DNA of 64,000 bases from Candidatus Poribacteria bacterium (GTDB lineage Bacteria; Poribacteria; WGA-4E; WGA-3G): positions 92,862-156,861 of the forward strand of contig JAJDUH010000044.1 of NCBI GenBank assembly GCA_022826805.1. The letters are read 5' to 3'. The translations under genes and the position numbers were made by a program. Positions 35,847-45,200 of the stretch are shown here, in pieces. The notes beneath the pieces were generated by a model. It was not told the origin of the DNA. It ran no database searches and worked only from the letters and a program-made list of their open reading frames with translations. Numbering within the stretch: position 1 is the first letter of the stretch; each line of letters starts with the position of its first letter.

Positions 35847-37148
35847 ATGCGAATCTTGAAGTATTGGGCACCGCCCCTTCTGTACATGGTCCTCATTTTC
35901 GTCATCTCGTCCATGGAGCAACCACCGCTCCCGATGCCGGAGTTTGAGTGGCTGACAATTGACAAACTCTACCATTTTATCGAATATGCCATACTCGGTG
36001 GATTACTCACACGCGCCTTTGTAGGGGCGAAACCTTCAATAGTACCATCACAATTGGTATGGTATATCGCAGCACTGCTCTCGATTCTTTATGGCGCGAG
36101 CGATGAATGGCATCAGACCTTCGTCCCGGGCAGATTTGCTACCATTGCGGATTGGGTTGCAGACGTGTTAGGATCAATTGCCGGTGCGTTTGGTGTCTAT
36201 CTCTATTATGGTTATCAGTCATCAGTACGTTCGCTACGCTCACTTTCGTTTATCAGCCCAGAGCCTACTGTGGACATTAATAACTTTAGCAATCGCCATA
36301 AGAACGTCCCGACAACTGACAGCCGACAACCGACAACGATAAAAAAAGGAATTAATATGCATTCACTTGTTGACTTAAAGGTGCCAGAAGGTGCTGTTGC
36401 TGTTCACTGGTTTGAACAGAGCAGTTTCGCGCTGAAAGATTCAGCGGGCACGATTGTCCAAATTGATCCCTATTTCCCGCGGGAACGTCCCGCCGACCGT
36501 TTTATTCATACCCAACCCCCACTCGATGAATCAACACTTCCAACTAATTTTGTTCTCTTGACTCACGCGCATGGAGATCACACCTGCTCAGAAACCATAC
36601 GCCGCATCTGGGAAACTTCCAATGCCACTCGGTTTGTTGGACCTGAAGAGAGCACACGCCAAATCTCGGAAGAAACAGATGTCTCGACAGAGAACATTTC
36701 AGAGATCCGAGCGGGAGAATCAGTAACGCTAAACAGACTCACTGTGCATGCCGTTTATGCAAAACCGCCCGACGGTGACCCGTCCGCGGATATAGCACCC
36801 CCCGATGTCACGCATTTAGGCTACATCATCGCCAGCAACGGCGTAACACTTTACTTCAGTGGCGATCCGATTAACAATTTCGCCGAGCATAACAAACTAA
36901 TTTCGGCAGTGGCAGCACACAAACCAGATGTCGGTTTCCTGACGAATCATCCCACCGAAGGTGAGTTCCCATTCTACGATGGATGCGTGAAAATGGCAAC
37001 GCGAATCGGGCTGACACACGCTGTGCCGGTGCATCGCGCCTGTTTTGTCACTCGCGATTACGATCCGAACGAGTGGGCATCCAACTTTCCTGCCGGCGGT
37101 CCTGAACCACTTATCATTGAGAGAAATTCACACATTATTTATTCATAG
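35847..37148 (+). CDS. VanZ-like membrane domain and MBL-fold metallohydrolase in one 433-aa ORF (possibly two genes bridged by repeat L4)
   Basis: The N-terminus is VanZ-like (YHFIEYAILG...SDEWHQ.FVPGR). The C-terminus is MBL-like (LLTHAHGDHT). An internal in-frame ATG at 36357 has AAGGA 6 nt upstream. Confidence 0.7.
   Translation: MRILKYWAPPLLYMVLIFVISSMEQPPLPMPEFEWLTIDKLYHFIEYAILGGLLTRAFVGAKPSIVPSQLVWYIAALLSILYGASDEWHQTFVPGRFATIADWVADVLGSIAGAFGVYLYYGYQSSVRSLRSLSFISPEPTVDINNFSNRHKNVPTTDSRQPTTIKKGINMHSLVDLKVPEGAVAVHWFEQSSFALKDSAGTIVQIDPYFPRERPADRFIHTQPPLDESTLPTNFVLLTHAHGDHTCSETIRRIWETSNATRFVGPEESTRQISEETDVSTENISEIRAGESVTLNRLTVHAVYAKPPDGDPSADIAPPDVTHLGYIIASNGVTLYFSGDPINNFAEHNKLISAVAAHKPDVGFLTNHPTEGEFPFYDGCVKMATRIGLTHAVPVHRACFVTRDYDPNEWASNFPAGGPEPLIIERNSHIIYS
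36210..36338 (+). repeat. L-family element, copy L4, lying inside ORF 35847..37148
   Basis: The sequence reads GGTTATCAGTCATCAGTA, then CGTTCGCTACGCTCACTTTCG, then ...CCGACAACTGACAGCCGACAACCGACAACG. The core matches L1 at nearly every position. Confidence 0.65.
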
Positions 37149-37156
37149 AAAGGAGT

Positions 37157-37228
37157 AGTTGTCAGCCATCAGTTGTCACGCCCAGTTTTTTAACTGAAAA
37201 CCGATAACTGAAAACCGATAACTGATAA
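37157..37228. repeat. L-family arm-type element, copy L5 (AGTTGTCAGCCATCAGTTGTCA ... AACTGAAAACCGAT x2)
   Basis: The word composition is inverted between arms, and a direct 13-mer repeat is present. Confidence 0.55.
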
Positions 37229-37231
37229 GAT

Positions 37232-37759
37232 ATGTCGCTTCAAGAACAGAAAACTCCCCTTGTTGGTATTGTAATGGGAAGTGATTCCGACTTAGAGAAA
37301 ATGGCAGAAGCCGCAAAGATTTTAGAGGAATTTGAGGTCCCATTTGAGATAACCGTCTCCTCGGCGCACCGTTCACCAGAACGGACAGTCGCGTGGACGG
37401 AAAAAATCAAAGCAGAAGGCGGACAAGTAATTATTGCTGGTGCCGGACGCGCAGCGCACCTTGCCGGTGTTATTGCAGCACACACAACACTACCAGTGAT
37501 TGGTGTCCCAATTGACGGTGGTCCGCTCAACGGTGTGGACGCCCTTTATGCAACAGTGCAGATGCCTCCAGGTATCCCTGTCGGAACGATGGCAATTGGA
37601 TCCGGCGGTGCACGAAACGCTGGACTTTTTGCTGTCCAAATCCTGGCACTCCAATTCCCTGAACTGGATGCAAAATTGTTAGCATACAAAGAAAAGTTGA
37701 GTGATGGTGTCGCGGAGAAAGCGGCGCGCCTCCAAGAAGTCGGTTATCAGAATTATTAA
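37232..37759 (+). CDS. purE: N5-carboxyaminoimidazole ribonucleotide mutase
   Basis: PurE motifs are present (GIVMGSDSD, SAHRSP, IIAGAG.AAHL.GV.AA.T.LPVIGVP). Confidence 0.95.
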   Translation: MSLQEQKTPLVGIVMGSDSDLEKMAEAAKILEEFEVPFEITVSSAHRSPERTVAWTEKIKAEGGQVIIAGAGRAAHLAGVIAAHTTLPVIGVPIDGGPLNGVDALYATVQMPPGIPVGTMAIGSGGARNAGLFAVQILALQFPELDAKLLAYKEKLSDGVAEKAARLQEVGYQNY

Positions 37760-37760
37760 A

Positions 37761-37930
37761 TGGTTTTCAGTCTTCGGTTATCAGTTGTCGGAGGAAAGGT
37801 CATCGGTTTTCAGTGCGTTCACTTTCGGTTTTCAGTCACATATCGAGCAGGGAACGTCCTTTTATAAACGCCGGAACCGACAACCGAAAGCCTGCGTAGC
37901 AGGCGAACCGACAACTATGTAACCGACACC
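37761..37930 (+). repeat. L-family element, copy L6
   Basis: The arms are GGTTATCAGTTGTCGG and CCGACAACTATGTAACCG. The short core is GTGCGTTCACTTTCGG, and an inner hairpin is GCCTGC-gta-GCAGGC. Confidence 0.65.
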
Positions 37931-37954
37931 TATTTAACGAGAGGAGGCTTCTGC

Positions 37955-38635
37955 ATGTCCAACGAACAGAAACAAGGGCGAGACGATACAGAACTGTTTG
38001 ATATGATGGAAAAGCAGCTATACGCTGCTGTCCTTTCGGACGCTTTGGACGCAGCCGGGTACCGCGAGCAGGTACTACGACACACAATCCGTCCGCTGTA
38101 TCCTGATGCGATTGTCGTGGGCCGGGCGATGCCTGTGCTATGCGTAGAGGTTTACGAGATGCCAGATGAACCCTACCAGCAGGAAATCGCGGCGGTGGAC
38201 AGCCTTAAACCGAACGATGTGCTTGTCTGTTCCACTAACGAGAGTCCACGCATCTGCATTTGGGGCGAACTCCTTTCAACGGCAGCACGTGCGCGTGGGG
38301 CGCGTGGGGCTGTCATCGAAGGCTTCATCCGAGATGCTCGCCAGATCATGGCGATGCAGTTCCCTGTGTTTATGACGGGTTTATCGCCTATTGATTCTTA
38401 CGGACGTGGCGATGTGATGGCATACAATGTTCCAATCGAATGTGGTGGTGTCACGGTTAATCCAGGTGACATCGTTTTCGGGGACATAGATGGCCTCGTT
38501 GTTATTCCACAAGCGGTGGAAGTAGAAGTGATTGAGGCAGCGTTGGCAAAGGTGAGCGGTGAAAACCGCACACGAGACGAACTCCGCGCCGGTGCGACAC
38601 TTCGGGAAGTTTATGATAAGTACGGAATTTTGTGA
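37955..38635 (+). CDS. RraA-family protein (RNase E regulator A / HMG-CHA aldolase-like)
   Basis: The sequence is RraA-like (GELLSTAARARGARGAVIEGFIRD, GD....D.DG.VVIP). Confidence 0.85.
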   Translation: MSNEQKQGRDDTELFDMMEKQLYAAVLSDALDAAGYREQVLRHTIRPLYPDAIVVGRAMPVLCVEVYEMPDEPYQQEIAAVDSLKPNDVLVCSTNESPRICIWGELLSTAARARGARGAVIEGFIRDARQIMAMQFPVFMTGLSPIDSYGRGDVMAYNVPIECGGVTVNPGDIVFGDIDGLVVIPQAVEVEVIEAALAKVSGENRTRDELRAGATLREVYDKYGIL

Positions 38636-38702
38636 TGAATAGGACTTACGCAAAATTGTGTTGAAACACGTATCTTTGACAATAAAGATATTTCCCACCA
38701 GA

Positions 38703-38775
38703 GGATCGGTGCGGAATGTAAAGCTAAGACAAATTGCGCTTTAATACCACAATTTGAAACCGCTCCTACCAGTGG
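38703..38775 (+). repeat. B-family (GTAGG-stem) palindromic element, copy B1
   Basis: The copy GGATCGGTGCGGAATGTAAAGCTAAGACAAATTGCGCTTTAATACCACAATTTGAAACCGCTCCTACCAGTGG is about 88 percent identical to 60235-60306 by eye. Confidence 0.8.
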
Positions 38776-38793
38776 AAAAGGAAAATTAGAAAA

Positions 38794-39123
38794 ATGATTT
38801 ATGAACTACGCACGTATCAGGTCGTGCCGGGAAAAATGAAAAACCTGAACGACCGGTTTGCAAACATCACTGTCCCCTTGTTTGAAAAGCACGGGATGAA
38901 GGTTATCGGTTTTTGGGAGACCGCTATCGGTGAGTCAACAACAACAGAGCTTATCTACATGCTCGCTTTTGAGGATTTAGGACACTATCAGCGAGCGTGG
39001 GACGCGTTCATTGCTGATCCCGCATGGCAAGAAGCGAAACGACTGACCGAAGTCGGCGGTCCGTTGGTAAACGTGGCGGGTTCCAAAATCCTGGAACCGA
39101 CGGATTATTCACCATTGCAATAA
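38794..39123 (+). CDS. NIPSNAP-family protein
   Basis: The protein is 109 aa. MIYELRTYQV.PGKM......F and the remainder of the sequence are typical of NIPSNAP. Confidence 0.8.
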   Translation: MIYELRTYQVVPGKMKNLNDRFANITVPLFEKHGMKVIGFWETAIGESTTTELIYMLAFEDLGHYQRAWDAFIADPAWQEAKRLTEVGGPLVNVAGSKILEPTDYSPLQ

Positions 39124-39179
39124 AGTAAGTGAAGTCCGAAAATACGTCTCGTCTCCACGGTAGAGATCTACACACCCCT

Positions 39180-39208
39180 CGTAGGGGTTGGGTTACCTAA
39201 CCCCTACG
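39180..39208. repeat. perfect 10-bp-stem GTAGG-type hairpin between convergent genes (possible bidirectional terminator)
   Basis: The hairpin is CGTAGGGGTT-gggttacct-AACCCCTACG. There is no clear T tract. Confidence 0.5.
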
Positions 39209-39250
39209 GTGCCCGCCGAATGCACAAATAATTATGGGCTTTACTATAAT

Positions 39251-39287
39251 CAGAAACCTCTTTAACCAACAACTAACAACCAATAAT
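39251..39287. repeat. L-family arm-type fragment (AAACCTCTTT + AACCAACAACTAACAACCAATAATC)
   Basis: AAACCTCTTT is shared with L9, and the word structure resembles the L arms. Confidence 0.4.
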
Positions 39288-39290
39288 CAT

Positions 39291-42200
39291 TCAACGTAAA
39301 ATGGCAAGTTTCCCTATCTGCTCAATTTTACTTCCATCTTCCGTGCGGGCAATGACCCGATAAAAATACACACCGTTGGCACACCGCACTCCCGTCTCAT
39401 CCCTACCATCCCAACGGGTTTCGTTAACTCCGCGTTTGGCACTCGCATCAGCAAGTGTGCGCAGCAGTCTACCGCTGACGCTGTAAATTTTGATTGTGAC
39501 AGTGTCCGGTGCTTGTGCAAGGTGATAGGTGAAAAAGGTCTTTCCATCAACCGTTGGGTTTGGAACGTTGAATACCTCACTCAGTGTGACCTCCTCATTT
39601 AAGATAAAGGTCACAGCAAGTTCCGCTGTGTTTTCACTGGTATCCGCAGCAGTGATCTGGAACTGATACTCACCATTAGCGAGATCCGGGGCATAAGTGA
39701 TAGCGGCGTCTGCTGGCGCGGCAGGATCAAAGGTTTCGGTATAATCACTCGTCTCTAACAGTTCAAGGGTTTCGTATAGATTACCGAAATCGAGACGAAA
39801 AGAGGTTTCGTCAAGGGCACTGTCATCGGTGAGTGTAATTTTAAACCTGGGTTGTTCTGTGAGTACTGCGCCATCTATTAAGGGTTCGTCGACCGGCTCA
39901 CGCGCTGAACCTGTGCCGAGTGCAGTTATTTGGACGTCAATAGTAGGAGGTGTGAGGTCGGGGGCTTCAGTGACAAAAAATCTGTAACTAATGATTCCCT
40001 CGTCGTCCCCGACAGTGTTTCCATTGAAATCCCGCACAGTGATATTAAACGTATGTTCGCCCGGAAAGAGAATTGGTTGGTAATCAACCGGCACCGTCTG
40101 CGTATTCTCCTGTACCCGAAGTTCATAGTCGGTGACAGGTTCAAAGGGCCCTCCATCCTTTTTTCTTTCAAAGGTAAAGAATTCTGTATCAATACCGTTG
40201 GCATCTGCCAACACGATAGAGATAGTAGGGCGTGGCGGAATCACACTCCCGGTTTGCGGTTGAATGCCATCTACCCATATATTGAACGTAGGCGGCTCAG
40301 TATCGGTGCTCCGCATGAGCGCAAATTGTGTAAGCTCGCTGACCTCCGCTGTAATGGTTCCAATCTGAGCACTGCTAAACTTAATCTTATCACCGAATTC
40401 AAAGCTTTCGGAACTCCCAGTGACGAGAATCTCCAATCCGAGGTGACTGAGATAAATCGGTTCATTTACCTTGCCTCTGATTTTAACCCCATTCGGGTAA
40501 TGCGTAGGTTCGGCAGAAGCATCGCGAAGTTCATAGCGTTCAGGTTCGACAAAGAAGATAAACCAATCGCCTATTGCGAATTCCCCCTTGGCTCCGGGTC
40601 TACTCTCCACCGTGGCATTGCCATTACCCATGTTAGTGTTCCACGTGCGCCTAAGAACGACATCGCCTTGTGGGTTATAATCGGTTTTAAAAGCAAGAAT
40701 ATCGGCAAATTCAAAGGTGTAATTGACCCCTAACGGCGTGCTCTCTTGTCGTGGGATCCGCAACTCTAAACCGAAACCTTCCTCTCTGAACGGATTATCT
40801 AATTGCCCCGCCTGATCAAGCTTCTGCACAGTTGATTCTCCCTTCCGCTGGAGAAACACTTCGTATTCATCAGTATCCAAAAATAGAACTACCCAAGTCC
40901 CAGCAGGCGTAAGATTCGGATTAATCCTAATAAAGGAAGCCTCCAATTCCTGCTCGCTGGCATTCTCCATTTGCGTCGGCGTGACATAGTTTTCGAGCAG
41001 AAAATCCTTTTCAGAGGTGTAACCAATTTGAGATGACAAACGCCGCCACGCCGAAAAATCCGCTTGCCAGGCATAGACAGCCAACTGATCGGCAGTTTCC
41101 GCCAACGCTGCTTGAAATGCTGGTGTCCCAGATTGGAGCAATGTCTCTTCCCGAACAATATCCTCCAGAGCACTCACATCGAAGCGGAGCTTGATCTCAG
41201 CTGGTTTAGCGAGTTCTGTTATACCTGTACGAAAGGTGGGTTCGTAGTATTGGGCGACCTCTGTTCCCTGTCGGATGAGTCCGCGCCGGAGTGCAGCAAC
41301 CCGCGGAATGGGTGCGAATCGAATATCCGGTTGGGATGGATCAGTAGGCGACTGTGAAGAAACAGAAAGTGGAACACCAGCATTACCTTTTACCTCAGTG
41401 TCGAGTGCATTCGTCGGGAAATGGATGTCAAACACCCTATCCAAACTAAACGCTGTTAGTTCCTCTTGTGGTTTATAATTAAACTCATTGACAATAAAAG
41501 AGACGTGTTGTTTGTTATCAAATTGGCGCGATTCTTGGACATTCCCGAGGATTTGGTCATCAATTCCTGGATCATCAGGATCTGCGATGACATAGATTTT
41601 GTGTACACCCGTTACAAGAGGCTTTTCAAGTTCCAGCGTCGCGGTCACATATTGCAATACAAATGTGCCCTCCACCCAATCAGTGGGTTTGATGGTCAGA
41701 CGCCCTAAGATATTAGCATCTTCGTCAATGATGCTATCCCCTTCTGCATCCGGATTGCCCTCAGCAAACACTACCTCAATATCAGCGCGAACAGGACGAC
41801 CACCGGCATTGACGATTTCCGCGACGAGTTGGTAGCCGTTTTTCTCTTCATCAAACTCATATCGGATAGGTGCCTTGTCTGCTTCATCCGTACCAACAGC
41901 AATATTGGGACCTTCGGGGACTTTAACGATATTACGTTCTAATTTCGATGGAATGGCTATCTCATGCCCTGTCCTATCAGTGATAAGGATTCGATATCGG
42001 ACCTGCCGTCCGCCTTGCGGAAGCGGGATAGGTGTTTGGAGTTGATACCACTGTCCACCCAGCGGCACATCACCAAGGGGTACAGGGGCTTTAACCATAG
42101 GTATTGTTTCGTCTTTGAAGGTAGCGGTATCATCCCATAAGACGTTGATACTTCGTATACCCGCTGGCCCGCGATCATCAACAATAAGGGCACTGATATT

Positions 42201-45200
42201 GAGCGTATCGGTGACTTTGATGTCGAGTGTTTCTCGAATGTCGTGTACAACCGGGGTTTCGACCCAGAATCGGGCACCGCCGACAGCGGCACGGATATCG
42301 TCATAAGCAAAGACGCGAGCGACACCGCCGCCCGGTAACGCGCTATTTGGAACATCAATGCGAATCGTTCCATATTCGCCCTGCCAAACTCTACCACGGG
42401 TCCGTGGGGATAGTTCATTATTAAGGTCATCGTCGAAATTATTTGCGAAGACCGCGACAGCAGAAAGTGATTCTGTACTAAAATCGGAAGCACGGGTGAA
42501 AGTCGGACTTCCTGTAACCCCAATCTCCGAATTTTCAATTATACCTACCTCGCCCGCCTTTATGACAATCTCATGCGTCTTGTTGACTGCGATGCGTTCC
42601 AATTCGACCTTTATATCAAATTCGGGGAGGGCGAGGCGAGATGCTGGATCACCAAAGAGCGTATATTGCTCGGTACCGGGAATCCACTGCGTGTTCCTGA
42701 TACGGGTAAGAAAACTAATCTTCGCATTGGCAATAACATGTCCTACTGTCGCTGAAGTGGACGGTGTCTGAAACCCTGTATCTAAATTCCCGGCGCGACC
42801 GACCTCGAATAAAGCCTCAAAGAGATCCTCGTCAAACTCAGCATTTGCTGCCCCATACGTCAAGCGCGTTGCCGAAAGCGCCGCAATAGCACCATGTTCA
42901 CCCAACAAAAATTGCTCACTAAGACAATGGTTTCCTGCCTGCTGCGGTTTATCAAACTGCCCATTAAGGCAGGTTGTCGTTATAACAAAAGGCAGGTTTC
43001 GGTTTCGTAATTCGAGAACATCCTCAAGCCGGAAAATAGATTCATCCGCCCAAGTTTGAATGCCACCGTGTCCCGTGTACTCAATTAGGAGCGCGCCTTG
43101 ATTGATTGCGGAACGGATTCGGAAGCGTGTAAGTTCTGGACTTCTAATCTTTCGGAGATAGATTTGGCGGGTGTTGTAGCCTACCGGTATAATTTCCTCT
43201 ATTAGTTGGTCGCGCGATACCTCAAAAACGCCATCGGACGGGTTGTCCGTGTGATCATCAGCTACCTGGATTAATGTACCTTGCCACGATCCTGTTTTAA
43301 GATTCTTTTCATAGTTGATGATCTTTTCAACCATAGTTGTGAGATCTTCAGGGTTTTGAACAGAGAGTCTCCCAATTAGCATATCAGGCAGCGCATCATC
43401 ACCACTGACGTTGACGAAGCGCTGATCCATAGCAGTTTCACCACTTTCAGGTGACCAACCGTGGAACGTCGGCACGAAGATTGGATAGAGGTTATAAGTG
43501 CCTCGGAATGATGGATCTCGACGATAAAGTTCAACGGTAGCCCTCTTGTAATCGTAGTGAGCATCCCCAATCAGAACAACGTAAGTAGGAACAGGCTGTT
43601 GCCAATTGTTATAGACATATCGGAGAAACTTTTGAATAGCGAGCGGGTTGAAAAGACCATCACTAAATTCGTTGTAGATGTCGCCAATATCAACCACCAT
43701 AGCAGTTAAACCTTGTGAACGCCGGAACTCAACAAGAGGCTGGATGGCCTTAGTAAAGGTCGGATGTGTTATGACAACGTAGTCAGCTTGATTGGCGGGG
43801 TTCCGAAGCAACGTTGGTGGTGTCGGAACAAGGGCATTGATACTGCGATAAGCGGTACGACCTATGACAAAATAGCGCGTATGTCGATTGACGGTATCCT
43901 CAAAGAGGATTTGATAACTGGCACCTCTCCGAGAAACCTCACCGCCAGTGAGTTTACTCGTAATGCCGTTATCATCAAGCTGATACACATCTATCGTTTC
44001 CTGGAAAATGTTACTCACCCGATATTGGACTTTACCGCGGTTGCGAGGTTCGGTATTGGTATTAAATTCCAAGCGGTTGGTATTTGCCTGAAAGTTCCGC
44101 CAATAATCGAGTTCATACCAATCCAGATAGAAATCAGTGGAACCTGCGGGGGTTTTATTCGCATCAAGTGCATCAATACGCATAAAATTCACTTGGTTAT
44201 GGTGGATGCGCGCCTGTGGAATATTGCGGGTTGCGATCTGCGACGCTTGACGTTTCCACTCCTCAATCCTACCAAGTTGAAGTCCATTGAAGGAGATTCG
44301 TGCCAAGTGGAGTGCCGACCCTCTGCGGGAAGCTCCTTGGAACTTGAGACGTAGGAGTGCATTGCGATTGACCTCAAGACGCGGTACTGCCATAGGCAAT
44401 TCTATAGGGAAATCCTTTCGACTCGTGTTAATATTTCCACCACGGAAGGAAACCCAGAAATAATGATCAGCAAGTTCAGACTTAACATCAACACCGGACA
44501 AAGTATCGTGATGCACGTTTTGTTCAAAACGTTCGCGTGTTAGAAAGGCGGTTGGCGCTACCAAGTTTTCCGTACGTGGTGTCGCGTCTCGCGTCGTCAC
44601 ACCGGAAGGCTCAAGATTTCCGGCAGGTGCTCCGCGCAAAGCAAAAAGGAGCCAATAGACATTCTCATCAGTAAATTTATTGTCCGACAATGCACGCCCG
44701 TAAAAGACGATCTGTTCACCAGTGTCAAGGACATCGTTTTCATTTTCATCAAAGATGTAAACGCCCTGTTTCTGTCCCCCGCTTTCCAACTGAAGTGTAT
44801 CAAGATTAATATCCTCTGGTTCAACACCAGCAGCCTTAATGTTATTATAAGTAATGCGATAGAGATCTGTTTTGACAACCGGGATTTTAAAGCGGTATGT
44901 GTTAGCACCCGTTAATGCTGGTGCCCCAGGAATGTTGTTCCCACGCGCGGCACTATAGGACATCCGCCGCCGACTCCGCCACAATTTCGCTTGCTCGTAG
45001 TTTCGCAATGTATCCCGGAACATGCTCTCAAAGACGGGACTGGCACCTTGAACAGATTTTTGAGCAGGAGAAAATGTGTTGCCGACAGATGTTCCGCCCG
45101 CTACTGGCGCGTAGGGAAAATTAATGCGGAACGTCACAGACGTGAATATTCGCAACTGTTTTGTCCGTGAATTGTATTGCACTGGGTTGATTTGCAGGCT

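Noticed and set aside
37788-37805. GGAGGAAAGGTC resembles the RNase P RNA GAGGAAAGTCC motif.
   Set aside because: It lies inside an L-family repeat, and none of the other conserved RNase P regions is nearby.
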